58,560 nt of DNA from a virus (IMGVR_UViG_3300020179_000036:1-58560); one strand, 5' to 3'. Shown: positions 46,825-56,764, numbered from the stretch's first letter. The notes: generated by a model not told the origin, from the sequence alone. Made by a program: numbers and translations.

Positions 46825-47799
46825 ATGGGCAAAAAATTTCGCAATCTCTACGAACAGATTTATCAGTGGGATAATTTGCTTGCAGCCTACGCAGAGGCAA
46901 AGCGCGGCAAAACTTACAGCAGTTCCTATTTACGTTTTAAGGAGTACTACCTAGCCAATTTGCGCCACCTTCAGTTGCGATTGATTGAAGGCGGCTGGAG
47001 ACCCGATCCGCAGTTGGAGTTTGAAATTATTGATCCCAAGAAGCGAATGATTGCCTGCCAAAGTTTTCGTGATCGCGTGCTGCACCACGCCCTGATACAG
47101 GTGGTCGGGCCGATTCTTGACGCCGCGATGATGCCCCAGGTGTTTGCCTGCCGGGTCGGCTTGGGTACGCATCGCTGTGTCACCCGAATGCAGCAGTTGA
47201 TGCGGCAGAACCCTGATGCGTGGCTGCTGCACGTGGACTTCAGCAAGTTCTTTCCCACCATTCCCCAAGACCTGCTACTGGCCCACTTGGGCAAGAAGCT
47301 CACCTGCCAGCGCACGTTGCTGTTAATTGAGCAGGTACTAAGCGTGCAGCCCACTGGCGTGCCGATTGGGGCGCTCACCAGTCAGACCTTTGCCAACTAT
47401 TGGGGCGGCAGGCTGGATCGTTTTATCGCATTTAAAGGCATTGGCAGTTTTGTGCGTTACATGGATGACGCGGCTGTGATTGTGAGCAGCAAAGCCGATG
47501 GACTGCAACTTAAAGATGAGATTTGCTCTTTTGTTGCCAACGAAATGGGGCAGCGGATTGGCAAGTGGAGTTTAGGCCCCGTGAATCGCGGCATCACCTT
47601 TTGCGGTTTTCGCATCCGCCGCAAGTACAAGCTGATCAAGCGACAGTCCATAATCCGCCAACGGCGCAAACTCAAGGTGCTGCTTAAGCACCAGGACTAC
47701 GAAGGCTGGCGCCATTCGCAGATTGCTTGGATGGGCCACGTGCGCCATGGTGATGGACAGAATAGTCTTGTCCACCTAGGGCTTGCATTACCATGCTGA
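46825..47799 (+). CDS. brt: DGR reverse transcriptase, copy 2
   Basis: Identical to 6707-7681. Confidence 0.96.
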   Translation: MGKKFRNLYEQIYQWDNLLAAYAEAKRGKTYSSSYLRFKEYYLANLRHLQLRLIEGGWRPDPQLEFEIIDPKKRMIACQSFRDRVLHHALIQVVGPILDAAMMPQVFACRVGLGTHRCVTRMQQLMRQNPDAWLLHVDFSKFFPTIPQDLLLAHLGKKLTCQRTLLLIEQVLSVQPTGVPIGALTSQTFANYWGGRLDRFIAFKGIGSFVRYMDDAAVIVSSKADGLQLKDEICSFVANEMGQRIGKWSLGPVNRGITFCGFRIRRKYKLIKRQSIIRQRRKLKVLLKHQDYEGWRHSQIAWMGHVRHGDGQNSLVHLGLALPC

Positions 47800-48041
47800 T
47801 CGTCAACACCCCCTCCGACTTGGCAGCTGCAGAAGTCGGCACTGAGCGGACGGCTTTTCTGAACAGCCTGCTGAATGACTACATCGTTTTTGATGACGCG
47901 GCCTATCCCGAAGGCTATGACCGCAATCTGAAGGAAGGCGATGAGGGCTACATTGCTCCCGTTATTCGCCAAGAATGGAACGCAGGCGCTGCTGCTGGCT
48001 GGGGATTTACCAGTCGTGCGCAAATTGAAGAGCTGCTGTAA
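47793..48041 (+). CDS. Small protein coupled to the RT, copy 2
   Basis: Allele of 7675-7926 that diverges at the C-terminus. Confidence 0.75.
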   Translation: MLIVNTPSDLAAAEVGTERTAFLNSLLNDYIVFDDAAYPEGYDRNLKEGDEGYIAPVIRQEWNAGAAAGWGFTSRAQIEELL

Positions 48042-48175
48042 TGGCTGTCAAATCAAAAACTGCGCTAGGGCGAATCGAGTTCAAACCCGGCAAACCCAAG
48101 CGCACCCGTCAAGGGCAGGGGCAACACTCCCTGCCTAGTCACGGACGCAAGAAACTGCGCGGTCAGGGCCGCTAA
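48041..48175 (+). CDS. Small basic RGQG-ending protein, phage X
   Basis: Homolog of 8155-8292. Confidence 0.65.
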   Translation: MAVKSKTALGRIEFKPGKPKRTRQGQGQHSLPSHGRKKLRGQGR

Positions 48176-48226
48176 AGCGGGTCTGGACAGTCCGCGATAC
48201 GCTTTGGCTGAACAGGAACAAGACCA

Positions 48227-48472
48227 GTGATCGAAGTAGCGGCGGCGGTTGCGGGTGCAGTGATCACCGTGGGCGCTATGAGCATGGGGTCCATGGGTGC
48301 CCGTAACCGCGAAGGCCGAGACGCTCTGATTCGTTTGGCTGCCAGTGTGGACAACGTGGCAGCACGCCTTGAGCAGTTGCACGTGGACATGAAGTCCGAC
48401 CGCAAGGAAACTTTCTCTCGCCTTAACAACCTTGAGCAGCGGGTGGCACGGCTTGAGGTGCCGCACCAGTGA
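48227..48472 (+). CDS. Membrane/coiled-coil protein
   Basis: Homolog of 8640-8897. Confidence 0.72.
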   Translation: MIEVAAAVAGAVITVGAMSMGSMGARNREGRDALIRLAASVDNVAARLEQLHVDMKSDRKETFSRLNNLEQRVARLEVPHQ

Positions 48473-48723
48473 ACCTGACGGAGATGCCATTGGAGCTGGC
48501 TCTCCGCAAAGAGGCGACACAACGGCTACTGCAGTCGTTCTACGAAGAGCAAGAGTGGGACAAGCTGATGGAAGCGGCTGAGATCCTCAATGCTGCCTGG
48601 CATCAGCAATCGGCTATTGCCAAATGGCTAGCCAAGGAAGCCGCGGATAACCTGGCAGAGGCCTACACGGCCTTCCGCGGTACAACAACACACAACAAAG
48701 GAGTTTCAGATGGAAGGGATTGA
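48469..48723 (+). CDS. Hypothetical protein
   Basis: Homolog of 9133-9360. Confidence 0.7.
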   Translation: MNLTEMPLELALRKEATQRLLQSFYEEQEWDKLMEAAEILNAAWHQQSAIAKWLAKEAADNLAEAYTAFRGTTTHNKGVSDGRD

Positions 48724-48865
48724 TGCAGTGCTCAACAGCCCAGCCACATGGATTGTGGTAGCTGCGGCTAGTGAGCTAATTGGCATGAGCCGCCTGAAGA
48801 GCAACAGCATTATCCAGCTGGTGTTCCAGGGTTTGCAGCTGCTGCGCAGAAGCCGAGGGCGCTAG
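48710..48865 (+). CDS. Putative holin, phage X
   Basis: 51 aa, WIVVAAASELIGMSRLKSNSIIQLV; AAAGGAG Shine-Dalgarno upstream. Confidence 0.6.
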   Translation: MEGIDAVLNSPATWIVVAAASELIGMSRLKSNSIIQLVFQGLQLLRRSRGR

Positions 48866-48905
48866 GCGGGCGGCACAGCCGCCCTTTTCCTGCGCGTTGC
48901 CAGGG

Positions 48906-49061
48906 CTACTTCTTTTTCTTGGCGGTTTTAGCTGAATCCTTAAAAGCCTTGGCAGTAGGGGCACCCTTCTGACCAGGCTTTCTCATGGTTTCGCCTGAAC
49001 CTGCCTTGATGCGCTCACGCTTGGCGTTGATGTTGGCGTAGAGCCCTTTTTTAGGTGCCAT
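48906..49061 (-). CDS. Small basic protein (KKGLYANI.AKR family)
   Basis: Homolog of 8319-8471. Confidence 0.8.
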   Translation of the reverse strand: MAPKKGLYANINAKRERIKAGSGETMRKPGQKGAPTAKAFKDSAKTAKKKK

Positions 49062-49062
49062 A

Positions 49063-49113
49063 TCAGTAGCCCTTCTTCCCGCCGCCTTTGCCGCCTTTGC
49101 CGCCTTTTTTCAT
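49063..49113 (-). CDS. 16-aa Lys/Gly micropeptide
   Basis: Homolog of 8474-8524. Confidence 0.6.
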   Translation of the reverse strand: MKKGGKGGKGGGKKGY

Positions 49114-49137
49114 GGTGTTGCTCCGGGTAGTTACAGC

Positions 49138-49326
49138 TTAGTCAAAATCGCGCAAGTGGTACTGCCCCGCAATAGCACCGTCTTTTTGCACCGGGTACAA
49201 CGTGGATCCGCCGTTGGTTTCATAGGCCATGGTGAGCCATTGATGGAGGAACGGCTCCTGGTCCTTGTGCTGTTCCACAAGGGCAACAAGCTTGGCCAAT
49301 TCAGGCCGCGGCAGCAGTCGTTTCAT
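49138..49326 (-). CDS. Hypothetical protein
   Basis: ATG coupled to the endolysin stop codon. Confidence 0.5.
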   Translation of the reverse strand: MKRLLPRPELAKLVALVEQHKDQEPFLHQWLTMAYETNGGSTLYPVQKDGAIAGQYHLRDFD

Positions 49327-50318
49327 TAGTAATCCCAGCGAATACGGGGCCGCCCAGGGCGGATGCCGATGTGGACAAAGCCTTTGGGTGCGCCGTAGCC
49401 CAAGGAAAACGGGTAGTGCTTGTCCAGCCACCGTTGAAGCTCAAGCACTGACATGCCATCCAGGTAGAAATCAATGGCGCCTGTGTCTGGTACGTCGTAG
49501 AGGTGCTCTGAGCGGGTGGCACCACCAACCTGGGCGTTGATCTTGGGTGGTCGATAGCCGGAAGTAATGATTGCCGGCTTACCAAAGTGATCACGGGCTT
49601 TTTGGACAAATTGCGCAAGCACTACAGCGGTATCGCACTGGTACTGGGCCTTGAAACGTCGGACCTCAGAGTGAAGGGCTAGCTCTCCGTAGGTGATGTT
49701 GGGGGTGAGCTTGTAGGAAAACGGAGTAGACGGCGTGAACTTTGGTGTTTGGACAGCAGGCGACCCGTGCTCATCCATCAGCCGGATAAGTTTTTCGGCG
49801 TAGGTCGGATCTGTGGCGTAACCCTCGCTGACTAACCGCTTGGCTGCGGCATTACGCGTCCAAGCGTGGTTAACGCCATGGAAATTTTTGAAGTCCTTGT
49901 ACCAACGGTCGACCAGGTACTGAACGCAGGTGGCCAGGTCAGGGAAGTTGATAAAGCCAGCGGTGATGGTGACCCACTTGCCGTTAATAAACTCCTTGGT
50001 TTTAGCGTCAGTGCCAGGGCCTTTTAGGCCAAAGGCGTTCCAGGTGCCGGAGAAGTGCTTGCCCCAGCCGGATTCAAGGGCCCACTGAGCGGCTACCAGC
50101 TCGGGGTACTTGGCACCCGCCCGGCGAGCAAGGATGGATACGTCATCCCAAGTGTTCCCCAGAGGCGTCTCCTTGGGCCTAGGAGCCGCTCTATAGACCT
50201 CAGCGAACTCAGATAGCTGATCGGGGGTCAACAGGCCTTGTAGGGCGTTCCAGGCCGCTATCTGATGGGGTAGCTCCTTGTAGTGCTTAGCCGCGTCAGT
50301 CAGCTTGATGCTTGCCAT
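49326..50318 (-). CDS. Two-domain endolysin: GH73 glucosaminidase plus peptidase M15A, phage X
   Basis: AQWALESGWG...GYATDPTY, then ITSGYRP..N..VGGA..SEH...D...GFVHIG. Confidence 0.88.
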   Translation of the reverse strand: MASIKLTDAAKHYKELPHQIAAWNALQGLLTPDQLSEFAEVYRAAPRPKETPLGNTWDDVSILARRAGAKYPELVAAQWALESGWGKHFSGTWNAFGLKGPGTDAKTKEFINGKWVTITAGFINFPDLATCVQYLVDRWYKDFKNFHGVNHAWTRNAAAKRLVSEGYATDPTYAEKLIRLMDEHGSPAVQTPKFTPSTPFSYKLTPNITYGELALHSEVRRFKAQYQCDTAVVLAQFVQKARDHFGKPAIITSGYRPPKINAQVGGATRSEHLYDVPDTGAIDFYLDGMSVLELQRWLDKHYPFSLGYGAPKGFVHIGIRPGRPRIRWDY

Positions 50319-50527
50319 GGGTCAGCACAGGGTCTTTAGGGAAGATTTGGACGTTGGAAACCTTGAACGGCAACCGTTCCCAGACATCGTGCTGGATAGC
50401 GACGTCCCAGGCCATCTCCTCACTGGGTGCCATGACGATGGTTTGGAAGGATCCGCGCTCCTTGTGGCCGTTAACGCCAATAAACACGCCTGGCAGACGG
50501 ATCACGTAAGCCTTTAGCTGCAGCGGC

Positions 50528-52258
50528 TCATCTTCGCAGGGAGATCCATGAGCCATTTGCAGGAGCCTTTGGAAGATCCTTAAGAGGGACACCAAGCAAA
50601 TGGGCGTCAAGGGCTCCTTCTATGTTGCCCATGAAAGCTTCAAGCTCCAAATCCCACAGCTCAGCTTTACGTTCTTTGATTGCCCGGTCCTCGTCGATAG
50701 CAAGGCTTTCGTTCCAGTACTCAACAGCACCTGCCACGGCATCCAGGCGGTCATCGTGCTGCAGGCAGCCTCTATCCACCGTGATGTGGGTGAGCTGGTG
50801 GAAGAGCTGGTAGCTAAGGCGCCGTTCAATGGCGTCGTCCTCCCGTCCCTTGGCATCGCTTTCGACGACTGAGCGGTTGACGATGAGCCGGTGCTGGTTC
50901 ATGACGGGCTCAAGGGCGTTAATGATCCGCCGCTCCTTTTGCACGTTCGACCTGACGGGTTCGATGGTGCAGGGGTGATGGATCTGCAGGTAGGGCTTAA
51001 GCAAGTTCTCAAGCATGCCTTGGCCAAACTGGTCTTCCAGGAGGATGAGGTTGACCTTGCGGCGCTTAGCGGCCTGTGCCAGGCCTTCCAGCACCTGATC
51101 GGTGTAGCCATCCTTGTAAGCACCGACCTCTAGCAGGAACAAGCTGCCGTTGAGGTGAGCGACGATGGCGTATGCGGTTTCGTCCTGACCGCGACCTGAG
51201 GGGTCAATGAACATGACGCAGCCCTGGAAGGGCAACCAATCGCCATGGATAAAGGCAGGACGGTGGTAGAAGTCACCGCTGAAGCCAACGGCTGGCAGGT
51301 CAGTGATGCGGTATTCAGCCCCACCGGACCACACCAGCTTTTCTGGGGCATGGTCTGACACCTCCAACACGATCAGGTCACTGAGGCGCAACGGAAAGCG
51401 CATCAGGTCCGACAGGGTGGTGTCTAGTTGGAACTGCAGGGCAAAGGCTGATCGTCCGTAGCTGGTCTCCCGTTCCAGGAGGTCCATCTCAGAGAACCGC
51501 CGCGGGTCTGTTGGCTTACCGACCAGGGCCTTATCCGCTTCCAGGATCACTGGTGCCAGGACTTCGCCGTACTTCTCTGGCTTTTCGGGGTAACGAGCGG
51601 GCCATGTACGGGCAGTGAACCCCCGTAGCTGCAGCTTGTTGTACAGGCTCTCCTCGGTCTGGGGTGTGCCCAGGAACATGACGTCCCCACCGGGCTTGAG
51701 GATGGCCTGGAACTCACCAACAGCAGCCAGCAGCTTCTCCCGCATGCCAACAGTCCAGCTGGTGTTAGGGGTCTCTACGTCATCAGGAAGGATCAGGTCA
51801 GCACGACTACCGGTGAGCTGACCAAAGATGCCAACTGACTTCAACGACGGTGACTGATCAGGGAAAGCAGGCCGTACATCAAACCGATTACTAGCTGCCC
51901 GTTGTTCATCACGGTCTGGTTCCAGGCATTGCAACAGGGGCATCTCCCGAATCAGGCGGATGCAGAACATGGCGAAGTCATCAGCCCGTGTCTTAGAGGC
52001 CGACACCACCATGATTTTTTTCTGTGGGTCGTTGCGCAGTAGCCATAGGGCATAGGCCGCGGCCATCCATGACTTACCCACACCCCGAAAGGCCTGGATC
52101 ACCCGACGACTGGGGCCCTCTTGCATGTACCCAGCTATGTCCAACTGGATGGGTGTGGGATCTGGTAGCTGCAGATGTCGCCACACCACCACCAGGAAAT
52201 ACCGAAAGTCGCTGCTGAACGGTTCCGGGAGTGGTTGCCAATTGGTCTTGGTGGCCAT
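50528..52258 (-). CDS. Terminase large subunit, phage X
   Basis: AFRGVGKS, DDVE, LGTPQ, IDPSGRGQDE and HDDRLDA motifs. Confidence 0.96.
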   Translation of the reverse strand: MATKTNWQPLPEPFSSDFRYFLVVVWRHLQLPDPTPIQLDIAGYMQEGPSRRVIQAFRGVGKSWMAAAYALWLLRNDPQKKIMVVSASKTRADDFAMFCIRLIREMPLLQCLEPDRDEQRAASNRFDVRPAFPDQSPSLKSVGIFGQLTGSRADLILPDDVETPNTSWTVGMREKLLAAVGEFQAILKPGGDVMFLGTPQTEESLYNKLQLRGFTARTWPARYPEKPEKYGEVLAPVILEADKALVGKPTDPRRFSEMDLLERETSYGRSAFALQFQLDTTLSDLMRFPLRLSDLIVLEVSDHAPEKLVWSGGAEYRITDLPAVGFSGDFYHRPAFIHGDWLPFQGCVMFIDPSGRGQDETAYAIVAHLNGSLFLLEVGAYKDGYTDQVLEGLAQAAKRRKVNLILLEDQFGQGMLENLLKPYLQIHHPCTIEPVRSNVQKERRIINALEPVMNQHRLIVNRSVVESDAKGREDDAIERRLSYQLFHQLTHITVDRGCLQHDDRLDAVAGAVEYWNESLAIDEDRAIKERKAELWDLELEAFMGNIEGALDAHLLGVPLKDLPKAPANGSWISLRR

Positions 52259-52500
52259 CAGGCCGATTTACGACGTGGTGCCATGTGCACCACCTTGTCC
52301 AGATCCGGCAGGGATGACACCAGGTCACCAAATGGCGTGCCCTCTACTGGCTGAGCACTGATCTGGTTGTCTTTCAGGAACTGCCGCAGGACATTCAGCT
52401 CACTACCCGTGATGGTGCCTTCATCCAGCTTCTCCTTCAGGTGCATGGCCAAACCGGCATGCAGGTCAGCTAGCTGCTCGTTGATGTCATTGCGGGCCAT
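52258..52500 (-). CDS. Terminase small subunit, phage X
   Basis: ELNVLRQFLKDNQI; coupled directly upstream of terL. Confidence 0.88.
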   Translation of the reverse strand: MARNDINEQLADLHAGLAMHLKEKLDEGTITGSELNVLRQFLKDNQISAQPVEGTPFGDLVSSLPDLDKVVHMAPRRKSA

Positions 52501-52659
52501 AGGGGCCTCCTGCTGTCTCCTTTGGGTTTGTGGAGAGGAGAGCGACCACCCTCCTCCCTGTTCAGCAGTGCCCACCACAGGCACCCCATCACCCTAGCCC
52601 CATCACCCCCATACCTGCCAACTGGGGACCAGAACACATGTACTGCGCAATAATGAATA

Positions 52660-53340
52660 GGGGGAAATAGGGGCAATAGGGGAAGGGGGGGTAAGGGGGG
52701 GTAGGGGTAACCATAGTTAACTATGGTTCACCATGGTTATAGGTGCAGCTCTGCTGCACCGGCTGGATCTACTCCCGTAGGGCTCTAACCCCTCTGAACT
52801 ATAGATACAAGGAGTACTAAGTATTAGGTCCTTAGTACTTCCTAATATCCAATACATAGTTCACTTAGGTACACCTAAGTACCCTATACAACCTAAGTTG
52901 TACTTAGTTAAACCCTATTCAACTTCTGGTCGTCCAGGTTCGCTTTTTTGCTCCGAAAATGTGAGGGGCTTACGCGTACACCCCTGGCCGCAATCACCCC
53001 CCGTAGGGGCCCTGCCGGCAATTTGTGGCAAGGGGTGGGGGGGTACATTGCAACAACAGCCGCAACAGCAGGCCCTAACCCATTGGCACAATTGGGATCC
53101 CAGGGGACTACATAACCCTAGGGGCAGGCAGGGGGGGGGTCCGCAGACTGCAGCAGGGCGGCAGCTGCGGGCCTGCGTGTTTGTTGTTTGCCGCCCAACA
53201 CCAAGGAAACACCAAGGCAAGACCAAGGAGCACCGGGGCAACGCAGGTCCGAAACGGTGCGCCCCTAGCGGTAGTGGCTAGGATGGGGGAACAGCGGGCG
53301 GCCTTGAGCTGACCGCTGCCCACCACACCGCCGCCGCTCC
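52660..53340. other. Probable genome-end / concatemer junction region of phage X
   Basis: Non-coding; G-tracts, palindromes and CTAAG/CTTAG short repeats between terS and the early genes. Confidence 0.55.
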
Positions 53341-53376
53341 GGCCCACCAGGGCCGGTAGGTGAGCGGATCCTGCAC

Positions 53377-53538
53377 ATGGACAACATGGAGATCACAGAA
53401 CGCAGCTCGAAAGCCGAGCTGATCTCATCTGCTTGTGAGCTGGTCGACAGCCAGGCACGGCAGGTTGAGACCTTGCAACAGCAGCAGATGGCCCTGCTAA
53501 CCCTTCTGGGGCTAGCTGTCGCCTTGCTGCTGTTGTGA
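53377..53538 (+). CDS. Early small protein with a C-terminal TM segment
   Basis: 53-aa ORF ending LLTLLGLAVALLLL. Confidence 0.5.
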   Translation: MDNMEITERSSKAELISSACELVDSQARQVETLQQQQMALLTLLGLAVALLLL

Positions 53539-53611
53539 CCGCTTGACGGCATCACGGGGCCCTCCGGGGCCCTCTGCTGCCCTCAGCAGCACACCCACCA
53601 CAACGCACACC

Positions 53612-53875
53612 ATGACAACCACAGCAACAGCCACCGAGGCAATCGAGGCCCTGGCTGATTGGTCCACTAACTGCGAACACCCCACCCCGTTTGCTTTGTT
53701 CTTGGACTTGATCGGCTGGAGTGAAGACAACTACGGGGAAAGGATCTGCACAGACAAGCAGCCCAACATGGGCTACATCGAGGCCAGCAAGCTGGCCACA
53801 GCCCTTGAGGCATGGTCAGACAGACCCCGAGAGGTTGAGGCCGCAGTGGCCGACATCATCGACAAGGAAGCCTGA
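53612..53875 (+). CDS. Early hypothetical protein
   Basis: ATG after a hairpin and AC-rich leader; PFALFLDLIGWSE. Confidence 0.65.
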   Translation: MTTTATATEAIEALADWSTNCEHPTPFALFLDLIGWSEDNYGERICTDKQPNMGYIEASKLATALEAWSDRPREVEAAVADIIDKEA

Positions 53876-54074
53876 TCCATGCGCTACCTACCCGCAACGT
53901 TCGCCCTGGTCGCCTCTGCGGTGGCCTGGGCGGTCATCCTCCAAGACCTGGCCGCACCCAGGTACACCCTGCCGGACCGTCGCACCGTGACGGAGTACCC
54001 GGGCCCCTGATCCCATCACTGAGGCCCTTGTGGGCCTCTCTGCTGGGTTCACCAGCACCACCCACCACACACCC

Positions 54075-54296
54075 ATGGCAGACCTATCAGACCTGGCGCA
54101 GCTATCCGTGCGCCTGCATCAGCTACATGAGGCCCATGAACGACTGACCCGGCAGCTCAGCAGGGACGGCGCCAGCCGTCAGCTGCTGCAGATCAACGGG
54201 CAGATCGGGGCTATCCGTGCCGACATACGCCAGTGCCAACGGACCTATCAACGTCTGGCCGCGGAGCTGTCGGAACGGGATTGCAACAAACCGTGA
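54075..54296 (+). CDS. Early coiled-coil hypothetical protein
   Basis: ATG after a hairpin and AC-rich leader. Confidence 0.55.
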   Translation: MADLSDLAQLSVRLHQLHEAHERLTRQLSRDGASRQLLQINGQIGAIRADIRQCQRTYQRLAAELSERDCNKP

Positions 54297-54767
54297 ACAG
54301 CAGCGGCCTATGGGCAGGTAAAGCGGCATGCTCTGCCCGGTCCGCCACGCACCTTGCAGCAACCGCACCGCCTTCTTCTTGAGGCATCTCTTCGTCTGTT
54401 TGCTGACGGCCATTGCTGTCTGGCCGCCGACATCCGGCAGCTAGCCAAGCGGTGGACACCAGAGGAGGACCGGGAGCTGTGTGGCCGCGCACGCAGTGTG
54501 CTTGAGGACCTGGATGAGCAAGAGCATTTCTGATCTGTGCACATGGGCCATCGTCGTCTGGTCCCTCGGTGCACTAGCCAATCAACTCGGCCCCAACATC
54601 CCGCAACTTCAAAAGCCTTATGAAAACCGAACCCACTGACACGCAACTGATCCAGCTCTATCGGGATTGGTGGCAGGACAGCTACTGCGTGGTGCCCAAC
54701 GCACAGAACGCAACCATTGCCGCGGCCTTTGCACGCCATGTGTTGGCCACGTACCAGGACAAGGCAG

Positions 54768-54932
54768 ATGACTGATCCACATGCAGTCACACCACCACTT
54801 GAACTGGTAAAGGAATGGTGGCGGGATGCCCAGGCATCAAGCGACCCAGAGCTTGTCTACTGGGTCAACGACGTAGCAACCCGTGCTGCACGCTGGGGTG
54901 CCAGACAAATGGAGAGCAAACCCAATGGTTGA
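54768..54932 (+). CDS. Hypothetical protein
   Basis: TPPLELVKEW...AARWGA small-protein pattern; coupled to the next gene. Confidence 0.55.
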   Translation: MTDPHAVTPPLELVKEWWRDAQASSDPELVYWVNDVATRAARWGARQMESKPNG

Positions 54933-55290
54933 CCTCTCTGATTTGCCGCTGTTTGACCTAGCAGTGGCACGCAGCGCACGAGACACCGGCATCCAGCTGG
55001 TGTTGGAGCGTGCGGGCAACGTGTTTGTTGACCGTGCCTGTGTGCTGGTCGAGTCGTTGCATGCAGGTGAGACGTTGCTGGCTGAGCAATGGCGCAAAAC
55101 CTGCGTTGAGCACGGCGTGCAGCCGCACCATCCCAATGCATGGGGCGGCCTGACTCGTGCATTGGTCAGCCGGGGCATCATCTGCCCGACTGGTCAATTC
55201 AGCCAAGCCACAGCTACTAAAAACCATGGACATCGCTACGAACTTTGGCATGTACGGCACACCACTACCCACAACACCGTCGATGAGTGA
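54925..55290 (+). CDS. Hypothetical protein
   Basis: PHHPNAWGG motif; coupled ORF. Confidence 0.65.
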   Translation: MVDLSDLPLFDLAVARSARDTGIQLVLERAGNVFVDRACVLVESLHAGETLLAEQWRKTCVEHGVQPHHPNAWGGLTRALVSRGIICPTGQFSQATATKNHGHRYELWHVRHTTTHNTVDE

Positions 55291-55573
55291 CACGCACGCA
55301 ATGGCAGTGCTGCGCAGCGAGCTGCTGACTGCCATGTACCACGCATTCCCAACTTCGCTTGACCGCGCTGCGCTGATGGACAAGTGCAGGAGCAGGTTCC
55401 TGACAAGGGATCAGACCTGGTTTGTCGATGCTGTCAATGAACAGCTGGGCATCTTGCAACACGCTGGTCTGGTGCGTACTGCAGCAGGTGGCTTCACGGT
55501 CACTGAACGTGGCAGGCAGGACAGGCAGCAGGCAGCACGTTTTCTTAATCAACCACCAAAGGACGCTGTATGA
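55283..55573 (+). CDS. Possible winged-helix protein
   Basis: LGILQHAGLV...FTVTERG. Confidence 0.55.
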   Translation: MSDTHAMAVLRSELLTAMYHAFPTSLDRAALMDKCRSRFLTRDQTWFVDAVNEQLGILQHAGLVRTAAGGFTVTERGRQDRQQAARFLNQPPKDAV

Positions 55574-55851
55574 ACAGCATCACAGAGTTGTTGACTGAAC
55601 GCGGCAAGCGGTACGGGGAGTTCTTTGGCCACGCAGAGGTAACGATGCAGCTGAAGAGCGCGATCCGTAGCTTCTGTGCTGACAGGGATCGCAGGCTGAA
55701 GTGCGATCAAGAGGAGGCGTTGGACATGATCTGCCACAAAATTGGACGGATCCTGAACGGCGACCCGGATTACGTGGACAGCTGGGACGACATCGCCGGC
55801 TACGCCACGCTTGTCGCTGACCGCTTACGTCGCAATGCAAACCCCTTCTGA
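55570..55851 (+). CDS. DUF6378-like protein
   Basis: L.ERG.RYG.F...KIGRILNGDPDYVDSWDDIAGYA. Confidence 0.75.
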   Translation: MNSITELLTERGKRYGEFFGHAEVTMQLKSAIRSFCADRDRRLKCDQEEALDMICHKIGRILNGDPDYVDSWDDIAGYATLVADRLRRNANPF

Positions 55852-56056
55852 TCCGTTGTGCACCAAACTGATGAAGGCTTACTGGGAAGACCGGCATGCC
55901 TTGATCGACGGCCACCCTCGCATGGCTGCTGTCATGCAAGAGATGGCTGCTGTAATCAGGACCTGGGCACCTGACGAAGGGCAAGCACGCATATGTCACC
56001 TGGCCATCAACGAGGTGGCTGACCGCCTGGTGCGTGAATCCAACCACACCCATTGA
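55835..56056 (+). CDS. Hypothetical protein
   Basis: Homolog of 23421-23627. Confidence 0.7.
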   Translation: MQTPSDPLCTKLMKAYWEDRHALIDGHPRMAAVMQEMAAVIRTWAPDEGQARICHLAINEVADRLVRESNHTH

Positions 56057-56059
56057 CCT

Positions 56060-56218
56060 ATGACTTACCAACCGGAATGGCGCCAAGAGGACGAGGCTCG
56101 CACAAATCGCCTTGAGCGCCTGTATTTCCTTGACGGACGCAAGCACCTGCCTGATGGGCACCCACTCAAGGGCACCTACACAGGGCTACACGTCAAGTAC
56201 CAGGACAGGGGATGGTAA
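56060..56218 (+). CDS. Small hypothetical protein
   Basis: 52 aa, LERLYFLDGR...HP..GTYTGL; fills the gap between neighbours. Confidence 0.55.
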   Translation: MTYQPEWRQEDEARTNRLERLYFLDGRKHLPDGHPLKGTYTGLHVKYQDRGW

Positions 56219-56466
56219 AGCCCATCAAAGAGATCCTGTCCGCTATTGAGTGGGCAAGGGAAGAGACCCTGCCTGTCCTGGGTGAAGGCATCAGCAGGAC
56301 GTCGGAGCGCGGAGCAAAGCTCTGGTCTGTCGACGTTATGTTCCCGGGCAACCGAGTGATGCGCACCACAATCCTGGCAAAGAACAACAGCCAGGCCCTT
56401 AAATTTTCCAAAAATCGTTACCCCAATGCAACCCACTTCAAGTTCAATGGACGAGCTACCCGCTGA
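56212..56466 (+). CDS. Hypothetical protein
   Basis: Similar to 23194-23424. Confidence 0.6.
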   Translation: MVKPIKEILSAIEWAREETLPVLGEGISRTSERGAKLWSVDVMFPGNRVMRTTILAKNNSQALKFSKNRYPNATHFKFNGRATR

Positions 56467-56764
56467 GAATGTCTACTTGCTGACAGATGTAGAACCCTGC
56501 AAGCAAGATGCCAATGAAAAAGGCCAAGTGTTGTACTACAGCCTATCTGTCGGATGGCATGTTGCTTATTACGCAAGGTCGCACATGCCCGATGTGACCC
56601 ACTGGACTTACCTTCCAGAATGCCCGCCAGCACAGGAGAGTCCGGCGGAAAGGTTAGACCGATCCTTTGACAAATGGGTCAGTCGGACATTTCCCAAGGC
56701 TGAGCCTGCGGCAAGGGCGTTACTGCGCCTGGGCTACGAGGCTGGTTACCAGGCTGACGAATAA
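56426..56764 (+). CDS. Hypothetical protein
   Basis: DANEKGQVL...VTHWTYLP motif; true start uncertain. Confidence 0.6.
   Translation: MQPTSSSMDELPAENVYLLTDVEPCKQDANEKGQVLYYSLSVGWHVAYYARSHMPDVTHWTYLPECPPAQESPAERLDRSFDKWVSRTFPKAEPAARALLRLGYEAGYQADE

Larger units (their letters stand above)
44789..47799 (+). mobile_element. Diversity-generating retroelement, copy 2
   Basis: Appears identical to copy 1. Confidence 0.97.
43839..48004. repeat. Copy 2 of the ~4.17-kb direct repeat
   Basis: Matches 3721-7886. Confidence 0.95.
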
